Source of the DNA: an uncultured Gammaproteobacteria bacterium
GTDB taxonomy: Bacteria; Patescibacteriota; Patescibacteriia; UBA9934
DNA: 56,820 nt
Assembly: GCA_964372415.1 (NCBI GenBank)
Contig: CAYJQH010000004.1
Location: 27,387-84,206, forward strand
Direction of reading: 5' to 3'
Shown: one piece after another, positions 1 to 10,282 of the stretch
How the letters are laid out: every line of letters starts with the position of its first letter
How positions within the stretch are numbered: position 1 is the first letter of the stretch
The notes under the pieces: generated by a model
Database searches by the model: none
What the model saw: only the letters and a program-made list of their open reading frames with translations
What the model was told of the DNA's origin: nothing
Made by a program: the position numbers and the translations under genes

Positions 1-95
1 CCACCACCTGGTCCGCGACCTCGAGGTCGCCGTTCACGCTGGGCCGGGGCGCCCGCTTTTGTTTCGTTAGCAATGGGTTGTGCTTGTTCAATCAT
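1..95 (-). CDS. rpsE: 30S ribosomal protein S5, N-terminal fragment (runs off window start)
   Basis: ATG at 95 reads MIEQAQPIANETKAGAPAQRERRPRGRGPGG, directly after rplR in spc-operon order. Only the unconserved N-terminal extension is visible, so the call rests on synteny. Confidence 0.7.
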   Translation of the reverse strand, partial: MIEQAQPIANETKAGAPAQRERRPRGRGPGG

Positions 96-98
96 AGG

Positions 99-452
99 TT
101 AAAAAACTAGTCCGCCTTCACGAGCAGCTTCCGCCAAAATTTTGACCTGACCGTGATACAAGTAAGGCCCGCGATCAAAAATCACCTTAGTGATACCTTT
201 TGATTTTGCCTCTTTGGCCAGTCTACCGCCCACCTCCTTGGCGCGTTCCATGGCCTTACCTTTGAGCTCAAAATCATGAGCTGCTACAAGAGTGCGTCCC
301 GCATCGTCATCAATAAGCTGAGCGCTCACATGTTTGAGTGAACGAAAAACCGACAACCGAGGACAATCGGCTGTACCGTGAATCTTGGCGCGCACGCGGC
401 GAGCGCGACGGTCTGCCTGGGCGCGTTTTTGGATGATTGCTTTGCGTTCCAT
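99..452 (-). CDS. rplR: 50S ribosomal protein L18
   Basis: [26 protein letters not shown] motifs; spc order. Confidence 0.97.
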   Translation of the reverse strand: MERKAIIQKRAQADRRARRVRAKIHGTADCPRLSVFRSLKHVSAQLIDDDAGRTLVAAHDFELKGKAMERAKEVGGRLAKEAKSKGITKVIFDRGPYLYHGQVKILAEAAREGGLVF

Positions 453-461
453 ACAATTCGA

Positions 462-1016
462 TTATTCGGTCTTACCGGCTGCCTTACCCACCTTACGGCG
501 AATAACTTCGTCGGTATATTTGAAACCCTTACCTTTATACGGCTCCGGTTTCTTAAGAGCGCGGATTTCGGCTGCCACCTTACCTACGAGTTGCGCATCA
601 GACGAATTCAAAGTCAAAAGATTATTCTCTACCTTGGCGCTAACACCCGCGGGAAGCGCGTAACGCACCTCATGAGAAAAACCGATACTACAAATCAAAG
701 TTGTACCTTGAACCTGCATCCGGAAACCCACGCCGTTCAATTCCAGGGTTTTGGTGTAGCCTTCGGTCACGCCCTTCACCATTTGCGCCAAGAGAGCACG
801 CATAGTTCCCCAAATAGCCCGATCCTCGCTCTCTGGGTCTTGGACCGTAACATTAAGCTGTGCTACTCCCCCGTCGTCAGAACGAGTAACCATAGCATGC
901 GGATGCAAGACGAGTTTAAGCTCACCTTTTGGTCCTTTAACATTTACCGCGCCGTTTATTACTTCGGCACTAACGCCGGCGGGGAGAGTGATTGGTTTCT
1001 TTCCAATACGAGACAT
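462..1016 (-). CDS. rplF: 50S ribosomal protein L6
   Basis: Starts MSRIGKKPI; KPEPYKGKG motif. Confidence 0.98.
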   Translation of the reverse strand: MSRIGKKPITLPAGVSAEVINGAVNVKGPKGELKLVLHPHAMVTRSDDGGVAQLNVTVQDPESEDRAIWGTMRALLAQMVKGVTEGYTKTLELNGVGFRMQVQGTTLICSIGFSHEVRYALPAGVSAKVENNLLTLNSSDAQLVGKVAAEIRALKKPEPYKGKGFKYTDEVIRRKVGKAAGKTE

Positions 1017-1024
1017 ATGAAAGG

Positions 1025-1420
1025 TTAGGCGATTTCGCAAATGACTTCCCCGCCTAAGCGACGCTTGCGAGCTTCGCGATTAGTCATAATGCCATTCGGG
1101 GTCGAAATAATAGACAGTCCGTAACCGGAACGTACTTGTTTTAGTTCATCCGTTTTCTGATAAACCCTAAGGCCCGGCTTACTAACCCGTTTAATATGGC
1201 TAAGGCGCGGCTTGCCTTGAACATCGTATTTAAGGGTGATTCTAAGCATGGGACGGGCACTCTGAGTGAAGGTTTCAACAGCCCCAACAAAGCCCTCATG
1301 TTCAAGAAGCTTAGCCAGTGCAAATTTCATGTTCGACATTGGCAATTCAACAGTCGTCGCATGCGCCATTGTGGCGTTGCGAAGCCGAGTGAGCATGTCG
1401 GAGATTGGATCAGTCATCAT
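1025..1420 (-). CDS. rpsH: 30S ribosomal protein S8
   Basis: MMTDPISDMLTRLRNA; RVSKPGLRVY; IISTPNGIMT. Confidence 0.98.
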   Translation of the reverse strand: MMTDPISDMLTRLRNATMAHATTVELPMSNMKFALAKLLEHEGFVGAVETFTQSARPMLRITLKYDVQGKPRLSHIKRVSKPGLRVYQKTDELKQVRSGYGLSIISTPNGIMTNREARKRRLGGEVICEIA

Positions 1421-1424
1421 ATAA

Positions 1425-1610
1425 TTACCAGCTTGCTTTGCGAATACCAGGGATCTCACCTACGTTGGCGAGCTCGCGGAAACAGATACGGCACAGGCCA
1501 AATGCCCGCATAAAAAACCGTTTGCGCCCACAGCGCCAGCAGCGCAGAACCTTACGGGTCATGAACTTTGGCTTCTTCGCTGACTTAGCTATTTGATTAG
1601 TAGTTGCCAT
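1425..1610 (-). CDS. rpsZ: 30S ribosomal protein S14, zinc-binding type Z
   Basis: 61 aa, CWRC...CRIC zinc motif, PGIRKASW end. Confidence 0.96.
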   Translation of the reverse strand: MATTNQIAKSAKKPKFMTRKVLRCWRCGRKRFFMRAFGLCRICFRELANVGEIPGIRKASW

Positions 1611-1613
1611 AGG

Positions 1614-2159
1614 TTATTTCTGCTTGCCTGCGAAGGGGAAACCAAGACTCTTAAATAGGCTGAGTCCTTCGGCGTGGTTCTTGGCGGTCGTCGTAATAGT
1701 CACTTGCAGACCGTGGAGCGATTCAACTTCGTCTGGACGAATTTCCGGGAAGGCAGTGTGCTCGGTAAAACCAAAGTTGAAATTACCATCTTTGTCGACC
1801 GCTGATTCCGGTATTCCGCGGAAGTCGCGAATACGAGCAAAAGCCACATTCACGAGTTTTTCCAAAAAATTCCACATACGCGCCCCGCGGAGAGTGGCCA
1901 TAACGCCAACCACCTGACCTTCACGGAGCTTAAATCCGGCAACCGATTTTCGAGCCGTAGTTTTAACCGGCGCCTGACCGGTAATACGGCGCAAAGTATC
2001 CACGATGGTATCGGCAAATTTGGCGTCTCGACCCTTACCAACGCCAGCATTAACCGTGACCTTCATGATTTTAGGAAGCTCATGGAGGTTCTCGTAGCCA
2101 CCCTCTTTTTTAAGAGCCGGGATGGCAACAGATTGCATTTTTTCCTTTATACTCATCAT
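1614..2159 (-). CDS. rplE: 50S ribosomal protein L5
   Basis: ITGQAPVKT, FKLREG, RIRDFRGI motifs. Confidence 0.98.
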   Translation of the reverse strand: MMSIKEKMQSVAIPALKKEGGYENLHELPKIMKVTVNAGVGKGRDAKFADTIVDTLRRITGQAPVKTTARKSVAGFKLREGQVVGVMATLRGARMWNFLEKLVNVAFARIRDFRGIPESAVDKDGNFNFGFTEHTAFPEIRPDEVESLHGLQVTITTTAKNHAEGLSLFKSLGFPFAGKQK

Positions 2160-2371
2160 ACTTTGACCACATTTTCTACACGAATCGGCGCTTGATAGGT
2201 AACTTTTTGTCCGGGCTGTTTATTGCTTCGGGCCTTGAGGTGTCGGACAGTATTTCTGACGCCCTCGACAACTATAAGTCCGAGGCGCGGGAATGCTTGC
2301 ACCACCTTACCTTCCTTGCCACGATCCTTGCCAACTGTGACACGGACCTTATCGCCAGCTTTGATTTTCAT
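2156..2371 (-). CDS. rplX: 50S ribosomal protein L24 (short, 71 aa)
   Basis: MKIKAGDKVRVTVGKDRGKEGKV KOW motif; APIRVENV; lies between rplN and rplE. Confidence 0.95.
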   Translation of the reverse strand: MKIKAGDKVRVTVGKDRGKEGKVVQAFPRLGLIVVEGVRNTVRHLKARSNKQPGQKVTYQAPIRVENVVKV

Positions 2372-2375
2372 AGGT

Positions 2376-2747
2376 TTACAAAACTTCAGGCGCCAAAGAA
2401 ATAATCTTAGTAAATCCAAGATTACGAAGTTCGCGAGCCACCGGTCCAAAGATACGCGTGCCTCGTGGCTCCTTGGACTCACGGTTAATGATAACTCCGG
2501 CGTTCTCATCAAAACGGATATAAGAGCCATCCGGTCGACGTGTTTCTTTGCGGGTCCGCACAATCACCGCGTGCACTACATCACTCTTTTTTACGGGGTT
2601 GTGTGGATCAGCCACTTTAACGACGGCGGTCACAATATCGCCAATTCTCGCGTAACGCTTTTTATAGCCACCGTGCACGCGAACAACCTGGAGCTTTTTG
2701 GCCCCGGTGTTATCGGCAACGGCTATCATGGCTCGATGCTGCAACAT
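2376..2747 (-). CDS. rplN: 50S ribosomal protein L14
   Basis: [32 protein letters not shown]. Confidence 0.98.
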   Translation of the reverse strand: MLQHRAMIAVADNTGAKKLQVVRVHGGYKKRYARIGDIVTAVVKVADPHNPVKKSDVVHAVIVRTRKETRRPDGSYIRFDENAGVIINRESKEPRGTRIFGPVARELRNLGFTKIISLAPEVL

Positions 2748-2750
2748 AGA

Positions 2751-3035
2751 TTATTCCTCTTGTGCCAGAGTGGCAGCTTTCTTAAGAATACTCACTACGC
2801 GCCAGCGTTTGCGGGCTGAGAGCGGGCGAGTTTCCTCAATCACCACCATATCTCCAGCCTTGGCACTGTTATCAGCCGAGTGAGCCAAAAATTTGGTACT
2901 GGCATGATAACGCTTCCCGTATTTGGGATGAACTACCGTACGGTCAACCTTAACCGTAACGGTCTTGTCCATTTTATGGGACACCACCGTGCCGGTCAGA
3001 CGACGACGTTGAGTTTTAGTTTCAGTCTTTTCCAT
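2751..3035 (-). CDS. rpsQ: 30S ribosomal protein S17
   Basis: GTVVSHKMDKT, HPKYGK, ETRPLSARKRW. Confidence 0.97.
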   Translation of the reverse strand: MEKTETKTQRRRLTGTVVSHKMDKTVTVKVDRTVVHPKYGKRYHASTKFLAHSADNSAKAGDMVVIEETRPLSARKRWRVVSILKKAATLAQEE

Positions 3036-3043
3036 ACGTAGTT

Positions 3044-3232
3044 TTAAGCCTTAAGGGCACGGAGTTGAGTGAGGAGCTGAGCGATAGTCTTACGAACTTC
3101 CCGAATCGCACGAACGTCTTTAAGCTGATTAATACTTCGTTCCTGACGCAACCCATGAAGCCTAGTTCTCTCTTCAGACAGCATGTTCTGGAGTTCTTTC
3201 TCGCTTTTGCTAACAAGTTCTTTGTACAACAT
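3044..3232 (-). CDS. rpmC: 50S ribosomal protein L29
   Basis: 62 aa between rplP and rpsQ; IREVRKTIAQLLT. Confidence 0.93.
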   Translation of the reverse strand: MLYKELVSKSEKELQNMLSEERTRLHGLRQERSINQLKDVRAIREVRKTIAQLLTQLRALKA

Positions 3233-3241
3233 AGAAAATTG

Positions 3242-3655
3242 TTAAGCGCGAACGATGATCTTAGTTTTTACCGGTAGTTTATAGGCCGCTAAGCGGAAGG
3301 CTTCGTTAGCGATTTCGGGAGTCACTCCGTCCATTTCAAAGAGGATAGTTCCGGGGCGGATAGGAGTCATGTAGTAGTCAACTCCACCCTTACCCTTACC
3401 CATCGGAGCCTCAGCGCCGTGATTGGTTACCGGATGATCTGGGAAAATACGGATCCACACCTTGCCGCCGCGCTTGATGGCACGGGTCATGGCGCGTCGC
3501 GCTGCTTCAATTTGACGAGCCGTCACCCATGACTCGGTCGTAGCCTTAAGTCCATAAGTACCGAAGGCCAGATCAGTTTTTTGAGTCGCCAAGCGATCAC
3601 CCTGGGTATGGCGCTTGTGCCACTTGCGATACTTCATTTTTTTAGGCATCAACAT
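3242..3655 (-). CDS. rplP: 50S ribosomal protein L16
   Basis: [25 protein letters not shown]. Confidence 0.98.
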   Translation of the reverse strand: MLMPKKMKYRKWHKRHTQGDRLATQKTDLAFGTYGLKATTESWVTARQIEAARRAMTRAIKRGGKVWIRIFPDHPVTNHGAEAPMGKGKGGVDYYMTPIRPGTILFEMDGVTPEIANEAFRLAAYKLPVKTKIIVRA

Positions 3656-3665
3656 AGACGTGGAA

Positions 3666-4421
3666 TTACTGAGCTCTGGCTACCGAACGCGGCGCTCTAG
3701 TCTGATTCGAACGGGCACCGCGGTCAGTGTTACGACGTTCCGGGCTGGCCTCAGCCGAAACCTGCTCCGGCTGTTCGTTGCCAAAGATGTCGCCGCGATA
3801 GATCCAAATCTTAATACCAATCACCCCGTACACGGTGCTCGCACGGACCCGAGCAAAATCAATGTCAGCGCGCAGATTATGAAGCGGAATACTGCCCTGA
3901 GCAATGGTTTCGGTACGAGCAATTTCGGCGCCATTTAAACGACCTGAAAGTGTCATTTTTACCCCCTTGGCGCCTGCCTTCATAACTCGCTCAATGCCCA
4001 TTTTCATGGAACGACGGAACGGCATACGCTTCTCAATATCCTGGGCGATCTGCTGACCAACAATTTCGGCAGCCAAAGCTGGGCGTGATAGCTCCTTAAC
4101 ATTAATGTTAAGGGTAACACGTCGGCCACGATAGAAGGTTTTCAAAAGCTTCTTCTTAAGTTCTTCGATTCCAGCCCCGGCTCGACCAATAACCACACCT
4201 GGCTTGGCCACCTGCAGATTTAAGGTGACGTGTTTAGGCGTGCGTTCGATTTCAACTGAATGTAAACCGGCCTCTTTGAGCGCTCGGCGTAAAAAATCAC
4301 GTATCTCAACGTCCTCGCGAAGCGAGCTGACGAAAGTTTTGCCACGGCGACTGAACCACTTGGAATCCCAAGAATAGATGGTCCAGAGGCGGAATACTTT
4401 GGGGTGTACTTTGTGACCCAT
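3666..4421 (-). CDS. rpsC: 30S ribosomal protein S3
   Basis: [34 protein letters not shown]. Confidence 0.98.
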   Translation of the reverse strand: MGHKVHPKVFRLWTIYSWDSKWFSRRGKTFVSSLREDVEIRDFLRRALKEAGLHSVEIERTPKHVTLNLQVAKPGVVIGRAGAGIEELKKKLLKTFYRGRRVTLNINVKELSRPALAAEIVGQQIAQDIEKRMPFRRSMKMGIERVMKAGAKGVKMTLSGRLNGAEIARTETIAQGSIPLHNLRADIDFARVRASTVYGVIGIKIWIYRGDIFGNEQPEQVSAEASPERRNTDRGARSNQTRAPRSVARAQ

Positions 4422-4422
4422 A

Positions 4423-4806
4423 TTACTTAGCTAGGATTTTCTTGACCTTCTTAGCAACAACTTTCTTATCACCAACCTTTGGACTCACAGCAACGGTAAT
4501 GTGAGACATGCGATGACGAATGGGCGCTGCTCGACCATGAGCCTTAGGCGTAAACCGTTTAATCTTTGGGCCCTCGTCCACCATAATTTGACTGATGTAC
4601 AAACTATCAGCGTCAAGCTTATGGTTATGAACAGCGTTTGCGACGGCTGAATTAATAGCCTTAAGAACAGGTTTGGCGGCCAATTTATTAGAAAACTGAA
4701 GCTGCGTTCGCGCCTGTGCTACCGTCATACCGCGCACCAAACCAGCCACCAAGCGGGTTTTCCTCGGAGCGATACGAATAAATTTTGCTTTGCAGATCAC
4801 TTCCAT
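4423..4806 (-). CDS. rplV: 50S ribosomal protein L22
   Basis: RIAPRKTRLVA, SAVANAVHN, SHITVAV. Confidence 0.98.
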   Translation of the reverse strand: MEVICKAKFIRIAPRKTRLVAGLVRGMTVAQARTQLQFSNKLAAKPVLKAINSAVANAVHNHKLDADSLYISQIMVDEGPKIKRFTPKAHGRAAPIRHRMSHITVAVSPKVGDKKVVAKKVKKILAK

Positions 4807-4812
4807 ATGAAT

Positions 4813-5151
4813 TTAGCGAGTGAGCTTTTTGGCCGGAGCGGCGGAAGCTGCTCCTGGAGTGGCTGAAGCCGTGGCGCCAGCTGCCGCTTCCAGGGTTTTT
4901 CCTCCATGACGAACAAATTTGCGCGTTGGAGAAAATTCACCCAAACGATGGCCCACCATGTTCTCAACTACCCTGACTTGAATAAAGTCCCTGCCGTTAT
5001 GAACGCCAAAAGTAAAACCAACCATTTCTGGAGTAATCATCGAAGCCCGTGACCAGGTCTTAACCACGGTCTTGTCTCCAGGTCGGAGCTTACCGACCTT
5101 CTTCATGAGATGTGGGGCTACAAAAGGCCCTTTTTTGAGACTTCGTGTCAT
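4813..5151 (-). CDS. rpsS: 30S ribosomal protein S19 with Ala-rich C-terminal tail
   Basis: [24 protein letters not shown]. Confidence 0.98.
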   Translation of the reverse strand: MTRSLKKGPFVAPHLMKKVGKLRPGDKTVVKTWSRASMITPEMVGFTFGVHNGRDFIQVRVVENMVGHRLGEFSPTRKFVRHGGKTLEAAAGATASATPGAASAAPAKKLTR

Positions 5152-5152
5152 A

Positions 5153-5998
5153 TTACTTAGCCAAGATCTTATGCTTACGACTGCGCACAATGAATTTATC
5201 CGATCGACTATTGCGTCGTGTCGGCACACCGTGTGCATGCTTGCCTTGGGGTGTTTTTGCGTACTTAAGACCAATTGAATTACGGCCCTCACCACCTCCG
5301 TGTGGGTGATCAACTGGGTTCATGGCCTTACCACGGACGGTCGGACGAACACTCTTGTGACGCATGCGACCAGCCTTTCCCCAACGCACTAAGTGCCAGT
5401 CAGGATTTGAAACCGTACCAATAGTCGCCATGCAGTTCTTAAGCACTCGACGCATCTCTCCAGACGGCAAACGCAAAGTGGCATACTCCCCTTCAATAGC
5501 AAGGAGCATGGCAGCCGTGCCAGCGCCACGAACCAACTGACCACCGCGACCTGGTTGCAATTCAACGTTATGCACGCTCATACCAACCGGGATCTTATCC
5601 AAGGCGTAACGATTGCCTAAATTTGGTTCACCTTTTTCTTTTGAAGACACGATAGTTGTGCCAACAATCAAACCGTCAGGCGCCAAAATATATCTCTTTT
5701 CACCGTCTTTGTAGTCCAGAAGCGCAATACGAGCGCCGCGATTTGGATCGTATTCAATCGTTGCTACCTTGGCTGGAACCTCAAACTTATCACGCGACCA
5801 GTCAATTAATCGAATGTGGCGCTTAGCTCCACCTCCGCGATGACGAACGGCTATTTTGCCACCTGCTCCACGACCAGCTTGCTCCTTACGCGAAACCACC
5901 AAGGCCTTGTGGGGCGTGGTTGTCGTGACGTCCTTAAACGATTGAACGCTTGAGATGCGACGTCCGTTTGAAGTTGGGCGGTATTGCTTGATTGGCAT
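5153..5998 (-). CDS. rplB: 50S ribosomal protein L2
   Basis: [21 protein letters not shown]. Confidence 0.99.
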   Translation of the reverse strand: MPIKQYRPTSNGRRISSVQSFKDVTTTTPHKALVVSRKEQAGRGAGGKIAVRHRGGGAKRHIRLIDWSRDKFEVPAKVATIEYDPNRGARIALLDYKDGEKRYILAPDGLIVGTTIVSSKEKGEPNLGNRYALDKIPVGMSVHNVELQPGRGGQLVRGAGTAAMLLAIEGEYATLRLPSGEMRRVLKNCMATIGTVSNPDWHLVRWGKAGRMRHKSVRPTVRGKAMNPVDHPHGGGEGRNSIGLKYAKTPQGKHAHGVPTRRNSRSDKFIVRSRKHKILAK

Positions 5999-6027
5999 AT
6001 TGATGTCTCAACTTTTAGGAGAGACCT

Positions 6028-6462
6028 TTACTTTTCGAATACAGAAACTCGAGTACCTTTCGGCACACTCACCAAAGCTTTCTTGCGGTCGGCTTGGCGA
6101 CTATAGGTTTGGCCAAAACGGGTTTCTTTACCGTGGCTCACTACAATATTTACTTTGCTTGGCTGGACTCCATAAATTTCGCGAAAAGCTTGTCTTACAG
6201 CTACGCGATTAGCTGTCATTGGCACCGAAAAAACATAAACTCCTTGATCGGCCAAATGAGCGCTTTTCTCGGTAACTACTGGAGCAAGTATTGTTTTTAC
6301 CGCCAAATCCGAAAGGGTCTTTTTGGTCGTTCCAAGAACAGCTGGAACAGTCAGCTTTTTATCCTTTGCTGGCGCCTCATTTTTTTCAACTGGAAGCTGA
6401 CCAGCGGTGGCCGCGGCTGAGGTACCCTTCTTTTTTCTTACTATGCGATCAAGAAGACTCAT
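6028..6462 (-). CDS. rplW: 50S ribosomal protein L23 with ~50 aa N-terminal extension
   Basis: PVVTEKS, KKALVSV core; first ATG after rplD stop. Confidence 0.93.
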   Translation of the reverse strand: MSLLDRIVRKKKGTSAAATAGQLPVEKNEAPAKDKKLTVPAVLGTTKKTLSDLAVKTILAPVVTEKSAHLADQGVYVFSVPMTANRVAVRQAFREIYGVQPSKVNIVVSHGKETRFGQTYSRQADRKKALVSVPKGTRVSVFEK

Positions 6463-6463
6463 A

Positions 6464-7096
6464 TTAGGAAGCAAAAGTGGTAGTCATCAACTCAATGGCT
6501 GCCTTAGAAGCAATGATGTTCGGAAATTTGACGGCATCACGGACGTTCAAACTGTGAGCGTACATGGATTCCGTCTTGGGCAGATTCTGGATGGCACGCT
6601 TCATGAGCGTATCTTTGGGCATGAGAAGCACCAGGGTTTTTGCGGCTTTACCCGGAAGCTCACGGCGCATAGTAGCAACTAGTTTGGTTTTAGCCTCTGG
6701 AAGATCAAAATTTTCAACCGCCGTAAAAGCACCATTTTTGACTCGATCCGACAACACCATGGCCAAGGCCAAACGCTTTACGCGTTTGTTAATTTTGATT
6801 GCAAAATTACGATTCTTGGTTGGGCCGTGCGCCACACCGCCCCCCACCCAAATGGGTGAACGAATTGAACCGTGCCGGGCACGACCGGTGTGCTTTTGTG
6901 CCCAAGGTTTTTTACCACCACCACGAACATCACCACGATCCTTGGTGTGCGCCAAGGTAGTTCGACTGTTCGCGTCCTGCGCCACCACAACCTCGTGAAT
7001 AACTGACGACTTAACTGGCACAGCAAACAAGGCGTCGCTCAAATCAAGCGTGCCTGCGTTCTTACCCTCCCAGGTATAAAGTTTTACTTGTGCCAT
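6464..7096 (-). CDS. rplD: 50S ribosomal protein L4
   Basis: GGGKKPWAQKHTGRARHGSIRSP motif. Confidence 0.98.
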   Translation of the reverse strand: MAQVKLYTWEGKNAGTLDLSDALFAVPVKSSVIHEVVVAQDANSRTTLAHTKDRGDVRGGGKKPWAQKHTGRARHGSIRSPIWVGGGVAHGPTKNRNFAIKINKRVKRLALAMVLSDRVKNGAFTAVENFDLPEAKTKLVATMRRELPGKAAKTLVLLMPKDTLMKRAIQNLPKTESMYAHSLNVRDAVKFPNIIASKAAIELMTTTFAS

Positions 7097-7707
7097 ACGT
7101 TGCCATCAGAGCTAGTAATAGTGACAAAACTTCCGCGGGCGCCGGGCAGCGCTCCTTTGATGCCAATAATGTTCTTTTCGGAATCAATGGTCATGACCTC
7201 TAAGTGCTTAATGGTCACACGATCCGAGCCCATGCGGCCAGCCATACGAATACCCTTAAAGACTCGTTGAATACCACCGGCACCAATCGAACCTGATTTG
7301 CGAACTTGATCTTTGTGACCGTGAGTAGTGGGATGACCGGCAAAACCATGGCGTTTGACCACACCCTGGAAACCCCGACCTTTGCTAGTACCAACCACAC
7401 TGACCTTGTCCCCTACAGCAAACGTGTTAACCGTAAGTACTTGGCCGGCTTCTACGTTTTCACCTTCAGGTAAGCTGACCTGAGCTAGTTTACGAAATGG
7501 TCCATGACCAGCAAACTCAGACTTCTGTGGCTTTGCGGCCCGAACATTCTTACCCGTGCCAATAATGGCCACTGCGCGACCCTGGGGGTCTTGGCGAACC
7601 GCCGCCACCGTACAGGGTTCAACAGCCACGAGGGTAACCGGAACAACCGAACCGTCAGCTCGGTAGACCTGCGTCATTTCAAGTTTTTTTCCAAGAAGAT
7701 ACTTCAT
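7084..7707 (-). CDS. rplC: 50S ribosomal protein L3
   Basis: Starts MKYLLGKKLEMTQV; SKGRGFQG; MAGRMG. Confidence 0.97.
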   Translation of the reverse strand: MKYLLGKKLEMTQVYRADGSVVPVTLVAVEPCTVAAVRQDPQGRAVAIIGTGKNVRAAKPQKSEFAGHGPFRKLAQVSLPEGENVEAGQVLTVNTFAVGDKVSVVGTSKGRGFQGVVKRHGFAGHPTTHGHKDQVRKSGSIGAGGIQRVFKGIRMAGRMGSDRVTIKHLEVMTIDSEKNIIGIKGALPGARGSFVTITSSDGNVWHK

Positions 7708-8021
7708 AAAATTGCGTTCGTGCACTTTGGCAGAGGAACATCGGGACAAGGAGGAACAAAAAACCAGAAGCTTCGCCTCGCGCAACTGCGCAAGAAAACT
7801 TCCAGCCCAAAGCAAGAACCTAACGGTGACGTGTTTGGGTGGTAATTTTGTTAACTGATCTCCTTTACGGTCTCCGTTGTCGAGCTCAGGAAGGTTTTCC
7901 CCCTTCGCTCCTGTCGGAGCTACGGAGGGATCTTTCTTCCCCGTCGTTAACGAAGTTGTGCAGTACGGAACTGCGAGCTCAGGGTGGTGCTCCACCCTGA
8001 TGTCGCAGTTCCGAACCGATC
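7708..8021. repeat. 314-bp rpsJ-rplC spacer with two long hairpins
   Basis: 7966-8013 CGGAACTGCGA-gc-TCAGGGTGG-tgct-CCACCCTGA-tg-TCGCAGTTCCG; second imperfect hairpin ~7872-7927 (ctccgt/acggag, agctc/gagct, cagga/tcctg). Confidence 0.75.
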
Positions 8022-8360
8022 TTACATTTTAATTTCTACATCGACTCCGGCTGGCAGGTTGAGACTCATGAGAGCATCAATCGTTCGTTCCGTTGGGTTA
8101 ATGATATCTATCACTCGCTTATGAATGCGCATCTCGTATTGATCGCGCGAGGTTTTATCAATAAACGTAGCCCGGTTTACAGTATAACGACGCACTTCGG
8201 TGGGAAGCGGAATCGGTCCAATTACTTGCGCTCCGCTTCGTTCCGTCGTCTTAATGATAGTGACGGTTGCCGAGTCAATAACCTTGTGGTCATAGGCTCG
8301 TATTTTTATACGAATGCGTTGGGCTGGCGCTTCTCCATTTTTCTGCTTAGCGTCGCTCAT
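8022..8360 (-). CDS. rpsJ: 30S ribosomal protein S10
   Basis: [29 protein letters not shown]. Confidence 0.98.
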   Translation of the reverse strand: MSDAKQKNGEAPAQRIRIKIRAYDHKVIDSATVTIIKTTERSGAQVIGPIPLPTEVRRYTVNRATFIDKTSRDQYEMRIHKRVIDIINPTERTIDALMSLNLPAGVDVEIKM

Positions 8361-8384
8361 AAAAGGTACAAGTTGAAACGGCAA

Positions 8385-8410
8385 GGAGGAAGAGGGTTAG
8401 CTCTTCCTCC
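8385..8410. other. Perfect 10-bp hairpin between tuf and rpsJ
   Basis: GGAGGAAGAG-ggttag-CTCTTCCTCC; no U-tract, so more likely an mRNA stabilising or processing stem than a terminator. Confidence 0.55.
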
Positions 8411-8418
8411 GTCATTCA

Positions 8419-9612
8419 TTACTCAATAATCTTGACTACAACTCCAGCGCCAACCGTGCGACCACCTTCACGAACAGCGAAGCGCTGCTTCTCTTCAAGA
8501 GCAACCGGCGAGAGAAGCGTCACGATGCAGTTCACGGTGTCACCTGGCATAACCATCTCGGTACCAGCTGGGAGTTCAATTTCACCGGTGACGTCGGTCG
8601 TTCGGATATAGAACTGCGGCTTGTAACCCTTGAAGAACGGCTTATGACGACCACCTTCTTCTTTGGTCAGAGCAAGGATTTCGGCTTCAAACTTGGTGTG
8701 CGGAGTAACGGTGCCTGGCTTAGCCAAAACCTGACCGCGCTCAACATCTTCTTTCTTTACACCGCGAAGAAGAATACCGGCGTTGTCACCAGCCATACCG
8801 GAATCAAGTGACTTGTTGAACATTTCAATACCGGTGACCACTGTCTTTGCGGTGTCACGAAGACCTACAATGGCTACTTCGTCGTTAATTTTCACCTGGC
8901 CACGTTCAATACGACCAGTGACTACAGTACCGCGTCCTTCAATTGAGAAGACGTCCTCAACTGACATGAGGAAAGGCTTATCGATTTCGCGTGTTGGCTC
9001 TGGAATGTAATCGTCCAAAGTTTTAAGGAGATCGACGATCGGTTTAGCAGCTGTGTCGTCAGCCGGGCTAGCCAAAGCAGCCGAAGCGGAACCACGGATG
9101 ACTGGGGTCTTATCTCCCGGGTAACCATACTTGCTGAGCAAATCACGAACCTCTGTCTCGACCAGATCCAAAAGTTCCGGGTCATCAACCAGATCAACTT
9201 TGTTCAAGAAGACAACGATGTACGGAACACCTACCTGACGGGCCAAAAGAATGTGTTCGCGGGTCTGCGGCATGGGGCCGTCAGCAGCCGAAACTACAAG
9301 AATTGCACCGTCCATTTGCGCTGCTCCAGTGATCATGTTCTTCACGTAGTCAGCGTGACCTGGACAGTCGACGTGCGCGTAGTGACGCTTGTCTGAAGAA
9401 TATTCAACGTGCGCCGTCGCAATCGTTACGATTTTCGACGCGTCACGAACCGTACCGCCTTTAGCGATATCGGCGTAAGCCTTTGCCTTACCCATTCCGC
9501 GAGCAGCGGAAACGGCGGTAAGAGCGGCCGTGAGAGTGGTTTTGCCGTGATCGACGTGGCCAATAGTGCCAACGTTCACGTGCGGTTTCTCACGATTAAA
9601 CTGCTCTGCCAT
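8419..9612 (-). CDS. tuf: Elongation factor Tu
   Basis: [43 protein letters not shown]. Confidence 0.99.
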   Translation of the reverse strand: MAEQFNREKPHVNVGTIGHVDHGKTTLTAALTAVSAARGMGKAKAYADIAKGGTVRDASKIVTIATAHVEYSSDKRHYAHVDCPGHADYVKNMITGAAQMDGAILVVSAADGPMPQTREHILLARQVGVPYIVVFLNKVDLVDDPELLDLVETEVRDLLSKYGYPGDKTPVIRGSASAALASPADDTAAKPIVDLLKTLDDYIPEPTREIDKPFLMSVEDVFSIEGRGTVVTGRIERGQVKINDEVAIVGLRDTAKTVVTGIEMFNKSLDSGMAGDNAGILLRGVKKEDVERGQVLAKPGTVTPHTKFEAEILALTKEEGGRHKPFFKGYKPQFYIRTTDVTGEIELPAGTEMVMPGDTVNCIVTLLSPVALEEKQRFAVREGGRTVGAGVVVKIIE

Positions 9613-9822
9613 ACATGATGAATATGACGCGCTGTTCCATAAAGCCAAGGAACAGTCCGCAAGATAATAAATTTGGTTTCCCAAAGGTGGCAAGAGTGTA
9701 GCAAAACCTTAAAAATCCTGCAAGTCCTGATGCCTTCCGATGCCCACAGAGAAAACAAATGAAAAAATCCAACAAAACTAACAAAAAATCCCGCTCCTGA
9801 GCCAGAGAGCGAGATTTTTTGA

Positions 9823-10233
9823 TCACAGGGGTTCCAGGTAAAACTGTTCTTCTCCACCGGCACTTTCAGTGACCTTGGATACAGGTTCTCGTTTTTGGGT
9901 TACCGGAACAGGCGTGGCTTCTACTTCTGGTTCAAGACTTTTTACCGGAATCATCCGAGGTTCTTCGGTCGTTTCTTCTTCAACAGCCATGAGCGCCTCT
10001 TCCATAATCGAAACATCAGCTTCGTCATCTTGTACCGGAACAGGCTGAGCGACGGCTGGCCGCTCAACCACAGTTTTTGGTCGAGATGTCGTTAGCTGTT
10101 TATCCAACAGCGCTTCATACTCATCAATGCCGAGAATTACCACCGGCTGATTGCCTTCGGCATCCGTAATGACGAGTTTACCCCCCGTACGTTGGGCTAA
10201 ACGGAGAAGTCGCTCTAGCTGGTGCGTTTGCAT
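9823..10233 (-). CDS. Hypothetical protein between fusA and tuf (acidic C-terminus EEQFYLEPL)
   Basis: 136-aa ORF with its own sigma70-like promoter; no family recognised. Confidence 0.75.
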   Translation of the reverse strand: MQTHQLERLLRLAQRTGGKLVITDAEGNQPVVILGIDEYEALLDKQLTTSRPKTVVERPAVAQPVPVQDDEADVSIMEEALMAVEEETTEEPRMIPVKSLEPEVEATPVPVTQKREPVSKVTESAGGEEQFYLEPL

Positions 10234-10242
10234 AGTGATGGC

Positions 10243-10271
10243 ATCTTAGAGCTGGCTTGCTACTACGTCAA
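10243..10271 (-). promoter_or_regulatory. sigma70-type promoter for the orphan-tuf unit
   Basis: TTGACG-17 nt-TAAGAT, 9 nt upstream of ATG 10233. Confidence 0.7.
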
Positions 10272-10282
10272 CGTGGACAGTT

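Noticed and set aside
15-30. 16-bp perfect palindrome GCGACCTCGAGGTCGC in rpsE
   Set aside because: Single copy in an Arg/Gly/Pro-rich coding stretch; plausibly chance.
378-1028. Long + strand ORFs opposite ribosomal and other housekeeping genes (also 2223-2819, 16401-17027, 22666-23406)
   Set aside because: Antisense shadows of well-supported genes, with no recognisable motifs or RBS.
7708-7995. 96-aa in-frame upstream extension of uL3 from the ORF track
   Set aside because: Runs through hairpin repeats; canonical uL3 begins at MKYLLGKK (7707). Treated as an open frame by chance.
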